Below the pieces are notes generated by a model. The model saw only the letters and a program-made list of their open reading frames with translations. It was not told the DNA's origin and ran no database searches. From Candidatus Ozemobacter sibiricus (GTDB taxonomy: Bacteria > Muiribacteriota > Ozemobacteria > Ozemobacterales > Ozemobacteraceae), in the NCBI GenBank assembly GCA_003327425.1, contig QOQW01000002.1, forward strand, positions 223,972 through 287,971: a stretch of DNA of 64,000 nt, read 5' to 3'. Position numbers and translations under genes: made by a program. Positions 37,610 through 46,987 of the stretch are shown one piece after another; position 1 is the first letter of the stretch, and every line of letters begins with the position of its first letter.

Positions 37610-40600
37610 TCAGCAGGAGCGCCCGTCTTCTTCTGAAACTGGCAGGTCGGCCAGGGCCGGCCGGAGGTCTTCGAGCATCTCGTCGGGCGTGATCCAGCGC
37701 CAGCGCCAGAACGACAGCAGCAGGGCGCCCCACTCCATCAGCACCACGTACAGCGACGACACGAGGAAAAGCGTGGTGAAGGTCGAAACGAACAGGCCCC
37801 AAGCCAGGGAAATGGCCATGGGGATGAGGAACTGCGCCTGGAAGCTCTGCCCGAACATCAGGCTCGAGACCCCGAAGATGGTGGTCAGCGAGGTCAGCAG
37901 AATGGGCCGAATGCGCTGCTTGCCGGCTTCGACGACGGCCGTCTCGAGCGGCAGCCCGCGCCCCACCCCTTCGTTGATGAAATCAATGATCAGCAAGGCG
38001 TTGTTGACCACGATGCCGCTCAGGGCGACCAGGCCGAACATGCTCATCATGGTCAGGGGATAGCCCATGACCCAGTGCCCGAGCAGGGCGCCGATGATCC
38101 CGAAGGGGATGGACACCATGATGATCATTGGTTGTACATACGACGCGAAAATGGTGGCCAGGATGATGTAGATGCCCAGCAGGGCGATCACGAACCCGGT
38201 GCGCAGGCCCTGCAGCGATTCCATGCTCTCGCGCTTCTGGCCCTCGAAGGCGAAGGTCACCCCATGCTTCCGCTCGAGGCCGGGCAGGAACCCCGAGTCG
38301 ACGAGGCGGTTGGTGATGGCGGCGGCGTTGGTCTGCCGTTCGTTGACGTCGGCCAGCACCTGGATGACCCGGCGGCCGTCGACCCGCTTGATCTCCGACG
38401 TCCCCTCGGTCAGCCGCACGTCCGCCACTTCGGACAAGGGGACCTCGGCCCCGCCGGGGGTGCGGATCACCATCCGTTCGAGGCTCGCCAGGAAACGCCG
38501 CTCCTCCTGGGTGTAGCGGACGAAGACCTTGACATCGAACCGGCCTCGTTGCAGTCGCAGCGCCTCGTTGCCATAGAACGCCTGCCGCACCTGGCCCGCC
38601 AGATCGGACAGGGACAACCCGAGAGACCTCGCGGCGGGCTTGAGATCGAGCCGCAACTCGGTGGTGCCGGCCTTGAAATTGTCCTGGATGTCATAGACCC
38701 CGGGGAAGGTGCCGAGCTGGTGCTTGAGATCGCTGACGGCCCCGCGCAGCGCGGCGAACGAATCGCCTCGGAACTGGATCTCGATCGGCTTGCCGCCCGG
38801 GCCCCCTTCCCGCTCTTCGAAGGTCAGGCTGAGCGCGCCGGGAATGGCCCCGACCGCGGCACGCCAGCGCGCCAGCACCTCGCCCGAGAAGAAATCGCGC
38901 TCCTCGCCGGGGAGCAGTTCGACGGTGACCTCGCCCCGATTGGCCCCGATCGTGGGCTCGACCCCCGACCATTGCCCGACGATGGCGTAGGCATGCTGCA
39001 CCGCCGGGCTGGCCAGGCCATACTCCCGGGTCAGATCGGCGCTGACCGAGGCGAGGGTAGCTTCGATCCGGCGCACGGCGTCGGCGGTGACAGGAAAGGG
39101 AGTGCCTTCCGGAAAGGCCACCCGGGCCAGAACGACATCGGAGTCGTTGCGAGAGAACAGGACGAACGGCACCCAGCCGGCGCGCGCCACCCCGATCATG
39201 CCGAGCAACACGAACACGCAAAGGCCCACCGTCACGTATTTCCAGGTGACGGCCCGCTGCAGAACGCGGCCATAGATCTCGATGAACCCGCGGATCGCCC
39301 GTTCCGTCCAGCGCCGCACCCGGCTGGCCCGCGCCTCGGCCTGCCGCGGCGGGGTCAGGTGGTGGGCCAGGTGGCAGGGCAGCGAGACCAGCCCCTCGAT
39401 CAGGGAGACGATCAGGGCCGACGAGACCGTGATGGGCAGGACGACGATGAACTTGCCCATGATGCCCGTAACGACCAGCAACGGCAGGAAGGCGACCACG
39501 GTGGTCGACACCGACGCCACCACCGGCCAGAACACCCGGGAGGTGCCGAGGAGGGCGGCCTGCGGCGGCGACAAGCCGGGATCACGCTCCATCTGGGCGT
39601 AGGTGCTTTCGGAGACGACGATGGCATCGTCGACAATCATGCCCAGCGCCATGATCAGCCCGAACATGCTCATCATGTTGAGCGACTGCCCGAGCAGGCG
39701 CAGCAGCAGGAAGGTGCCGAGGAAGGAGATGGGAATGCCGATCCCGACCCAGAACGACAGTTCGATGTTCATGAAGAACCACAGGGTGAGGATGACCAGC
39801 GCCAGCCCCTGCAGCCCATTCGTCTTCAGAAGGTTGAGACGGTCGTTGACCGCCCGCGACAGATCGTTGATGACGGCCAGCTTCACGCCGGCCGGCAGCG
39901 TGGCCTGCCGCTGTCGCACGTATTCCCGGACGCGGCGTGCGATGGCGATGATATCCTCGTCCTCGGTTTTGTACACGCCGAGGAAGGCGGCGGGCTGACC
40001 GTCGAAGCGGGCCAGCACCGGTTCGTCGGCGAATCCGTCGACGACGCGGGCCACCTGGTGCAGGGCAACCTGGGCTCCGGTCGCCTCGGACCGGATGACG
40101 ATGTCTTCGAACTCTCGCCGGATGTAGCGTTGCCCCTTGACCCGCAACAAAATCTCGCCGGCCGCGGTGCGGGCCACGCCGCCCGACAGGTCGAGGCTAT
40201 TGGCGCGCACGGCCCGGGCCACCTCGTCGAAGGTCAGACCGAACTCGCGCAGGCGGGCTTCGGAGATCTCGAGCGAGATCTCATACGTCTTCACGCCATC
40301 GAGGGTGACCTGCGAGATCTCGCGCATGGCCAGCAGATCTTTGCGCATCGCCTCGACCAGATCGCGCAGGTCGGCCTCGTCGAGGGGGCCGGACACCGCC
40401 ACCTGCAGCACCTGCCGGACCAGCTCGAGCTTCTTGACCACCGGCTTCTCGGCATCGCGCGGGAAGGTGTTGATGCCGTTGACCCGCGTCTCAATCTCAT
40501 CTTTGATCTGGTCGATGTCTTCGCCGGCTTCGAGCTCGGCGATGACGGTGCCGACGCTGTCGCGAGCGGTGGAGGTCACCCGCTTGATCCCGGCCAGGCC

Positions 40601-40816
40601 GGTCATGGCCTCTTCGATCTTGATGCAGATCCCTTCCTCGACTTCTTCGGGATTGGCGCCGGGAAAGACGACCGAGACCATGACCCGGTCGAGCGAGAAG
40701 GTCGGGAACAGTTCGCGCGGCATGCGGTCAAGCGCCAGCGCCCCGGCGATGACCAGGAAAGCCACCAGCAGGTTGACGGCCACCGGATTGTTGATGCACC
40801 AGCGCAGGACGGCCAT
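37610..40816 (-). CDS. RND efflux transporter, permease subunit (AcrB/AcrD/AcrF family)
   Basis: 1068 aa, 'NNPVAVNLL', 'GMIVDDAIVVSE', 'RIRPILLTSLTT', with two periplasmic loops and a 12-TM pattern. Confidence 0.96.
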   Translation of the reverse strand: MAVLRWCINNPVAVNLLVAFLVIAGALALDRMPRELFPTFSLDRVMVSVVFPGANPEEVEEGICIKIEEAMTGLAGIKRVTSTARDSVGTVIAELEAGEDIDQIKDEIETRVNGINTFPRDAEKPVVKKLELVRQVLQVAVSGPLDEADLRDLVEAMRKDLLAMREISQVTLDGVKTYEISLEISEARLREFGLTFDEVARAVRANSLDLSGGVARTAAGEILLRVKGQRYIRREFEDIVIRSEATGAQVALHQVARVVDGFADEPVLARFDGQPAAFLGVYKTEDEDIIAIARRVREYVRQRQATLPAGVKLAVINDLSRAVNDRLNLLKTNGLQGLALVILTLWFFMNIELSFWVGIGIPISFLGTFLLLRLLGQSLNMMSMFGLIMALGMIVDDAIVVSESTYAQMERDPGLSPPQAALLGTSRVFWPVVASVSTTVVAFLPLLVVTGIMGKFIVVLPITVSSALIVSLIEGLVSLPCHLAHHLTPPRQAEARASRVRRWTERAIRGFIEIYGRVLQRAVTWKYVTVGLCVFVLLGMIGVARAGWVPFVLFSRNDSDVVLARVAFPEGTPFPVTADAVRRIEATLASVSADLTREYGLASPAVQHAYAIVGQWSGVEPTIGANRGEVTVELLPGEERDFFSGEVLARWRAAVGAIPGALSLTFEEREGGPGGKPIEIQFRGDSFAALRGAVSDLKHQLGTFPGVYDIQDNFKAGTTELRLDLKPAARSLGLSLSDLAGQVRQAFYGNEALRLQRGRFDVKVFVRYTQEERRFLASLERMVIRTPGGAEVPLSEVADVRLTEGTSEIKRVDGRRVIQVLADVNERQTNAAAITNRLVDSGFLPGLERKHGVTFAFEGQKRESMESLQGLRTGFVIALLGIYIILATIFASYVQPMIIMVSIPFGIIGALLGHWVMGYPLTMMSMFGLVALSGIVVNNALLIIDFINEGVGRGLPLETAVVEAGKQRIRPILLTSLTTIFGVSSLMFGQSFQAQFLIPMAISLAWGLFVSTFTTLFLVSSLYVVLMEWGALLLSFWRWRWITPDEMLEDLRPALADLPVSEEDGRSC

Positions 40817-40831
40817 GGCGAGGCGGGGAAC

Positions 40832-42178
40832 CTACAGCGACGCCGCGGCGGTGGCCGCCTGCAGGGGCATCCCGTCGACGGGCGTGGGCACGGGCGAGAC
40901 GATCAGGCGATCGCCCGCCTGCGTGGGAAAGCGGACGAAAGCATCATCGCGATCGTAGCGCAGGATCTCGCAGGGGGTCACCCGCAGCCGCCCCTCCCGC
41001 CAGAGGTTGACGGTATCGCGGTTGGAGACCGCCCCGCGCGGAATGCGGAAGACCCCTTCGACCGGCCGCCCCTGCAGGGCCACTTCCACGAACATGCCCT
41101 GCATGAGGGGCACGGGCGCCTCGCCGGTCACCGGCGGCCGCAGCGGGATCGCCACCACCACTTCGACGGTGCGGGTCCGTTCGGCGACGGTCTGGCCGAT
41201 CCGCTCGACCCGGCCGCGCCAGCAGGCCGCGGCGACGCCGCGCGTCGGCAGGCAGAGCAGGACCTCGGCCTCCCGCCGTTCGAGGGTGGGGCCCGCCGGG
41301 GCGGCCGCGGAGGCGACGCCCCCCATCGCGGCCTGGGAATACAGCCACGGCAGGTCGGAAAGGGCGACGGGGATGCGCACCTCGAAGGTGGACGGATCAT
41401 GCAGGGCCCCGACCACCTTGCCGGGCGTGACGTATTCGCCGGCTTCGATATCGCGACGATCGATGCGCCCGGCGAACGGGGCGACGATCTCGGTCCGCTG
41501 CAGGGCCAGGCGGGCCTCGGCCAGCGCGGCCCGCGCCTGCTGCTCGGCGGCCTTCAGGGCCGGCCGCCGGCCGAGCGCGAGCCGCAGGTTGTTCTGATCG
41601 CGCACCTCGGCGGCCAGCGCCGCTTGCAGGGCGGCCTCGGTCTTGTCGGCCTGGGACCGCGAGGTGGCGCTCTCCTGCGCCAGGCGCTCGAAGCGGGCGG
41701 CCTCGCGTCGAGCGAGCTGCACGGCGGCCGACGCCACGGCGAGGCTGGCACGATAGCCGGCGATCTCGTCCTCCAGGCTCGCCTGTTGCGCGAGGTTCTG
41801 CGCCAACTGGGCTTCGGCCCGCTCGACCTGCAGCCGGTAGGGTTCGGGGTCGATCCGGAGCAGGACCTGGCCAGCCTCGACCTCGCCGCCGGCTTCGAAG
41901 CCGGGGTGCCGGAAGACGACGCGGCCGGCCACCTCGGCGGCCAGGGCGGCGGCGACGCGGGCGCGGATGGTGCCGAACCCGTGGATGATCAAGGGTTCGG
42001 TGGTAGCCTGCAAGGGTATCGTCTCGACCAACGGAGTGACGACGGTCTCGGGGCTCTGGACCGGCGGCCGGCGCAGGCTGGCCAGGCGCTGGTTGAGGAC
42101 GACCCCGGCGACGATCAGCAGAAGGCCGAAAGCGGCAGAGATCAGGTTGCGCGGCGACAGCATGTTCATGGCCCGCAT
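40832..42178 (-). CDS. RND efflux membrane-fusion protein
   Basis: N-terminal anchor, lipoyl-like 'AEVAGRV' and 'IVAPFAGRI', and a coiled-coil hairpin. TGATG overlap with the TolC-like gene. Confidence 0.93.
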   Translation of the reverse strand: MRAMNMLSPRNLISAAFGLLLIVAGVVLNQRLASLRRPPVQSPETVVTPLVETIPLQATTEPLIIHGFGTIRARVAAALAAEVAGRVVFRHPGFEAGGEVEAGQVLLRIDPEPYRLQVERAEAQLAQNLAQQASLEDEIAGYRASLAVASAAVQLARREAARFERLAQESATSRSQADKTEAALQAALAAEVRDQNNLRLALGRRPALKAAEQQARAALAEARLALQRTEIVAPFAGRIDRRDIEAGEYVTPGKVVGALHDPSTFEVRIPVALSDLPWLYSQAAMGGVASAAAPAGPTLERREAEVLLCLPTRGVAAACWRGRVERIGQTVAERTRTVEVVVAIPLRPPVTGEAPVPLMQGMFVEVALQGRPVEGVFRIPRGAVSNRDTVNLWREGRLRVTPCEILRYDRDDAFVRFPTQAGDRLIVSPVPTPVDGMPLQAATAAASL

Positions 42179-43590
42179 CAGAGGCGTTCGGCGAACTCCC
42201 GATCGAGCCGGCCCGCCAGCTGCAGCAGCCGGAGGGCGGCCAGGGTGCGGTCGAAGGTGGCCACGATGAAGGCCACCTGGGCCCGTGTGAATTCGGCCTG
42301 GGTGTCGAGGTGGTCGGTCAGGGTGATCAACCCTTCTTCGGCTTGCAGGCGCGACAGACGGACCTCTTCCTGGGCCAGTTCGAGCGCCTTGCGGGTGACC
42401 TCCAGGCGGGTGGCGGCGGTGCGGTACTGCCGCCAGGCGCTCTGCAACTGGACCTGCAGAGCCTGCCGGGTCTTCTCGAGCTGGGCCTGCGCTTCAGCGA
42501 GCCGGGCCCGCGCTTCGGCGACGCGGGCCTGCTGCTGCCCGGCGTCGAACAGCTTCCAGTCGAGAGCCGCGGCCACCGCCCAGTTGGGATCGGAGGGCGG
42601 CCAGTCCTTGCCGGTGCGGGTGCGCGACCCGCTGAGGGTGAGGGTCGGCCGATGCCCGGCCCGCTCGAGGCGCAGCCCCTGCTCGAGCACCTCGACCTGC
42701 CGCCGGAGGGAGACCAGCCCCGGATTGGCCGTCTCGAGGTCCTGGGCCAGGGTGTCGAGATCGGGCACCGCCAGCTCGAGCGCCGCGGTGGCCACCGCGA
42801 CCGGCGCGGCCACCGGGCGTCCCAGCATCTGGTTGAGCACGTGCCCGGCCTGGGCGAGGGCGTTCTCGGCCAGCAGCACGGCTTCCCGCGCGCTTTCGAG
42901 CTGCACGTCGGCCTTGAGCAGATCGGTCCGCTGCGCCAGTTCGGCGTCGAGCCGCCGCAGCACCAGCTCCCGGTGGGCGGCCAGCGCCGTGGCGCGGTCG
43001 CGGGCGCTGGTCAGGAGTTCGGCGGCGCGCCGCACGCCGAGGAAGGCTTCGATGGTGAGCGCGATCACCTCGCTCTCGGCGCCGCGACGGTCGCTGGCGG
43101 CCTTGCGCTCGCCGGCGCGGGCCCGGCGCAGGGCCAAGGCGGTGCGCTGCCCGAGATCGATCGGCCACTGGAAGGTGAGACCGTCGGTCTGCACGATGCT
43201 GGTGCGAGTGCCGCCGCCGGCCGCCGCCGGCATGCCCGCGAAGCCGAGCGACGAGGGAGAGTACTCGCGCTCGTTGTACTGCACCATCGCCGACACGCGC
43301 GGGAAGAAGGCGGCGCGCGCCCCGTCGACCGCCGCCTGCGCCGCCGCGAGTCGGGCCCGCGCCACCGCCAGATCGGGGTTGGCCGCCAACGCCTCCCGAA
43401 CAGCCTGCCCCAGCGACAGATCGCCCGGCACCGACGCCGGCACCATGGCCTCGACCGCCGGTGCAACCGCTTCGACCACCGCCGCCACCGGCTCGCTCCC
43501 CACGGCGGGCGCCTGGGCCGCCAGCCGGGCCGGCCGGCTCCCCAGCATGGCCGTCAGCAAGACCAGACCCACGATCGGGATTCGCACCAT
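42178..43590 (-). CDS. TolC-family outer-membrane efflux protein
   Basis: Signal peptide, 'LSLGQAVREALAANPDL' and two OEP repeats. SD AAGGGGGAG before ATG 43590. Confidence 0.92.
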   Translation of the reverse strand: MVRIPIVGLVLLTAMLGSRPARLAAQAPAVGSEPVAAVVEAVAPAVEAMVPASVPGDLSLGQAVREALAANPDLAVARARLAAAQAAVDGARAAFFPRVSAMVQYNEREYSPSSLGFAGMPAAAGGGTRTSIVQTDGLTFQWPIDLGQRTALALRRARAGERKAASDRRGAESEVIALTIEAFLGVRRAAELLTSARDRATALAAHRELVLRRLDAELAQRTDLLKADVQLESAREAVLLAENALAQAGHVLNQMLGRPVAAPVAVATAALELAVPDLDTLAQDLETANPGLVSLRRQVEVLEQGLRLERAGHRPTLTLSGSRTRTGKDWPPSDPNWAVAAALDWKLFDAGQQQARVAEARARLAEAQAQLEKTRQALQVQLQSAWRQYRTAATRLEVTRKALELAQEEVRLSRLQAEEGLITLTDHLDTQAEFTRAQVAFIVATFDRTLAALRLLQLAGRLDREFAERL

Positions 43591-43863
43591 CTCCCCCTTG
43601 TCACTCGTTGCCTTGCCCGCGATGCCCAGCATCGACGGGAGGATGCATGATACCTTCATTCGCCGGCCCAGGCAAGCCCCCACTTTGGGGCCAATCCGGC
43701 TCCTCCAACCAGCAAAAGCAGGGGGCCAGCATGGGTTCGCCGAACCCATCCGCCGCCGGGCACCTGACACTTCCAGACGGCGTCAGGATCATTCCGGTTT
43801 CATGGTAGAATCGATACGGGTCGGGCAGATAGCGACGAGACCGTCCCTCCCGGCCCGGAAAGG

Positions 43864-46779
43864 ATGGCGATGGGCGGGGCGCTCCGGTTCCTCCGATGGG
43901 CCTTTTTCTGCCTGTGCTTCCTGGTCTTTCCCTGGCTGGTGATCAACCTGGGCGTCCGGCACGCCTTCGAGGTGCAGTGGCAGACCTACACCGAGCGCGA
44001 GGCGGCCCGCGTCACCCGCTTGATGGAAAGCACCTTGCAGCGCGGCAGCGCCGAGACCTTCTACTACGCCTGGCTGCACCGCATCGTCGAGCGCGCCCAT
44101 CGGCAACCGCAGCCTGCCCTGGCGATGGCCTCCGAGGCGGCTCGACTGCAGCGCCGGTTTCCCGACCTGTTCAGCGTCTACGTGACCGATGGCGCCGGGG
44201 AAACCTTGTTTCCGCCGGTGCTGCCGCCCACCGTGTCGCGCTATTCGCTGCGCAAGTTGCATCAGACCTTCCTAACGCGACGAGCCTTGACGGCCGGCCT
44301 CAAGGACAAAACCCTCGTGCGGGTCCTCAGCCACTTCTGGGGCGAGGAACCGCCTCCGCAGACCATCCTCCAGGACATCCATGCCGAGCGGAAGGTCTGC
44401 CCCCTCTACCCGACCGGTCGCCGGACCTATTTCTACTGGTATGCCGGCCCCGCCGGCGGCCTGTTCGTCCATGTCCATCGCCAGGGCGCCCCACCCTGGT
44501 TCCCCTTGCGGGTCCAGGCCGCCTGGCTGAACCAGCGCAACGCCAATCTGGCGGTCGGGGTCGTTCCCTTCGGCGGCACTCCGGAAGCCCCCCGCCTGTC
44601 CCCCGACGAGGCCCGTCTGGTGACCCTCGCCATTCCTCGTCTCGACATCTCACCGCGCTCCTGGATGGTGAAGGACGATCGGCTGCTGACCCTGCTCCCG
44701 CTCGATACCACCTGGCGGTTCTGGAGCCTGCGCCGGCTCGACCCGCGGGTCCGCGGCACGCTCTGGCAGCGGCGGCTGGCCGCGACCTCGGCCCTGGCGG
44801 TGGGACTGGCCGCCTGTCTGTCCTTCCTGGTCATGGTCCTGGGCTGGGAGATGGCGCTCTCGATCCGCCACAAATTGATCGGCCTGTTCGGCATCTCCAC
44901 GGGCCTGCCCCTGGTGGTGCTGCTGGCCACCGGGTTCGACTACCTGCACCAGACGGAAGGCCGCTTGCTCCAGCAGACGCGCGACAACCTGCACGAGTCG
45001 GTCAAGAGCTTCGACGACAAGTTCCCCAAGATCCTCCAGGAATATCAAGCCATCCTCAATCGCAGCATCCGCACCTCCTACCGCGAAGACGGCACTTTCG
45101 ATTTCCGCCGTTTCACCCGCCTGCTCGAGGCGCGACAGGAGGCCATGCACTACGCCGCGCCCGCCCTGGTCAAACGGGATGGCAGCACCATCCGGACGCA
45201 GTGGACCAAAGACCAGTCCAGTCAGCGCCAGATCGACAAACTGCTCCTGGGCCTCGGCCTGAAGGCGCTGGTCACCTACAACCAGAACATGGGCTTCGCG
45301 ACCGACGTCCCGGCCAGGCCGCGCCAGATCATGGCGGCGGAAGCTCTCCTCTTCGAGGGCGAGACGGCGCATGGCCTGCTCCACGGGTTCATGAGCCGGA
45401 TCGGCGAGATCTCACGAATCCGGCTGGCGGGCACCGATCGTTTCCTGTTCTTCGATCTGATCACCGACCGCAGCGGCGCCGGCGAAGCGGTGGTGATCCT
45501 GATCTGGCATCCCAAGCACCTGTTCCGGGCCTATCTGCGGCGCCATCTGCTCCGCCGGCAGCGCGACCTGCCGGGCAGCCGGCTGTACGCCCTGTCGCTG
45601 GTGGATGCCAACTGGGACCTCCCCCCCCGCTCCCGCCGCCCCTGGCTGCGCCGCTTCCTGGAGCGGGTCCGGACCCGTCGGACGCTGGTGACCGACCAGC
45701 TCGAGATCGACGGCATCCCGCATCTGGCGGCCGGTTGGCCCGGCTTCGAAATCAGCGATTACATCATGGTCCAGACCTTCCCGCTGACCGGCATCCACGC
45801 CGAGATCGACCGCCTGCGCCGCTCCCTGCTGTGGTTCGGCCTGTTCAGCTTCGCCCTGTCGATCGCGGTGGCGGTCTCCCTCGCCCGCCAGTTCCTGACC
45901 CCCATCGGCTCGCTGGTCCAAGGGGTGCAGCTGATGCGGGAAGGGAAGTTCGCCCACCGGCTCCCGGTGTTCGACCGCGACGAACTCGGGCATCTGTCGC
46001 AGGCCTTCAATTCGACGATGGAAAGCCTCGAACAGCTCTCGGTCGCCCGCACCGTGCAGGAGCGCCTGTTTCCCAGCCAGGCGTTGCCGGTGGGCGATTT
46101 CACCATCGTGGGCCGCTCGGTGACCGCCTCCGAGCTGGGCGGCGATTACTTCGACTATTTCGCGCTGGGTCCCGACCGTGCCGTCATCCTGATCGGCGAT
46201 GTGGCCGGCCATGGCGTGGCCTCGGCCCTGCTGATGGCCATGGCCAAGGCCATCGTCACCCAGGAGGTCAAACGCGATCCCCGTCCCACGGCCATTTTGC
46301 AGGCGGTCAATCGGATGATCTTCGACAGCTTCCAGAAGCGGAGCATGATGACCTTCTTCTACGGCCTGCTCGATGTCACGGCCGGGACTCTGACCTATGC
46401 CAACGCCGGGCACAACCACCCGTACTGGCTGCCGGCGGGCGGCGACCCGGTCGAACTGGCATCCAGCGGCTTCCCGCTGGGCACCCGCAAGAACCCCGCC
46501 TACCAGGAGCAGACGATCGCCGTGGGCCCCGGCGACGACGTCTGGTTCTACACCGACGGCATCGTCGAGACCCCGGGCCGCGGCCCCGAGCCGCTGGGGT
46601 ATGCCGGCATGCTGCGGCTGTTCGCCGACCTGCGACCGTACCGGCCGGAAGACCGGCTGCCCAGGCTGTACCGCGCCTGCGAAGCGTTCCGCGACGGCCT
46701 GCCCCAGCCCGATGACATGACCGTGATCCTCCTGACCCGGGCGGCGCCAGTGCCGACGGGAACGAGGTCCGCCCCGTGA
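43864..46779 (+). CDS. Large membrane sensor with HAMP + PP2C/SpoIIE phosphatase (paralog of 21119-24034)
   Basis: Same four-TM layout ('SIRHKLIGLFGISTGLPLVVLLATGF' vs 'SISRKLLGLFFFAVGTPALVLLVVGF'), HAMP, 'GGDYFD', 'GDVAGHG', 'YTDGI' and 'DDMTV'. Confidence 0.92.
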   Translation: MAMGGALRFLRWAFFCLCFLVFPWLVINLGVRHAFEVQWQTYTEREAARVTRLMESTLQRGSAETFYYAWLHRIVERAHRQPQPALAMASEAARLQRRFPDLFSVYVTDGAGETLFPPVLPPTVSRYSLRKLHQTFLTRRALTAGLKDKTLVRVLSHFWGEEPPPQTILQDIHAERKVCPLYPTGRRTYFYWYAGPAGGLFVHVHRQGAPPWFPLRVQAAWLNQRNANLAVGVVPFGGTPEAPRLSPDEARLVTLAIPRLDISPRSWMVKDDRLLTLLPLDTTWRFWSLRRLDPRVRGTLWQRRLAATSALAVGLAACLSFLVMVLGWEMALSIRHKLIGLFGISTGLPLVVLLATGFDYLHQTEGRLLQQTRDNLHESVKSFDDKFPKILQEYQAILNRSIRTSYREDGTFDFRRFTRLLEARQEAMHYAAPALVKRDGSTIRTQWTKDQSSQRQIDKLLLGLGLKALVTYNQNMGFATDVPARPRQIMAAEALLFEGETAHGLLHGFMSRIGEISRIRLAGTDRFLFFDLITDRSGAGEAVVILIWHPKHLFRAYLRRHLLRRQRDLPGSRLYALSLVDANWDLPPRSRRPWLRRFLERVRTRRTLVTDQLEIDGIPHLAAGWPGFEISDYIMVQTFPLTGIHAEIDRLRRSLLWFGLFSFALSIAVAVSLARQFLTPIGSLVQGVQLMREGKFAHRLPVFDRDELGHLSQAFNSTMESLEQLSVARTVQERLFPSQALPVGDFTIVGRSVTASELGGDYFDYFALGPDRAVILIGDVAGHGVASALLMAMAKAIVTQEVKRDPRPTAILQAVNRMIFDSFQKRSMMTFFYGLLDVTAGTLTYANAGHNHPYWLPAGGDPVELASSGFPLGTRKNPAYQEQTIAVGPGDDVWFYTDGIVETPGRGPEPLGYAGMLRLFADLRPYRPEDRLPRLYRACEAFRDGLPQPDDMTVILLTRAAPVPTGTRSAP

Positions 46780-46987
46780 GCCGCCGGTCGGGGCCCGCCC
46801 GACCGCCGCGCGCGGCGCGCGCCGGCGGCCTCCCCCACTTCATCGCAGGAAGTACAAAATGAATATCTTGCACTTTATGGTACAAGGCAAAGTTGCCGTC
46901 CCGACTGGCGTCGCGCGGGCTGCCCTGGCAGGCGCCCCGACCCGGCCAGGCCGCCCCGGGCTGCGACCGCGCGGCGCCCCGGCTCTC

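Noticed and set aside
38075-43942. 1955-aa plus-strand ORF, and similar long ORFs such as 4909-8208, 8244-10049, 12956-15259, 23613-26597 and 28592-31486
   Set aside because: These are antisense shadows of well-supported genes. Long stop-free antisense frames are expected at this GC3 bias, and the translations have no motifs.
46850-46900. sigma54 promoter in the AT-rich patch
   Set aside because: The GG-N10-GC spacing is not met.
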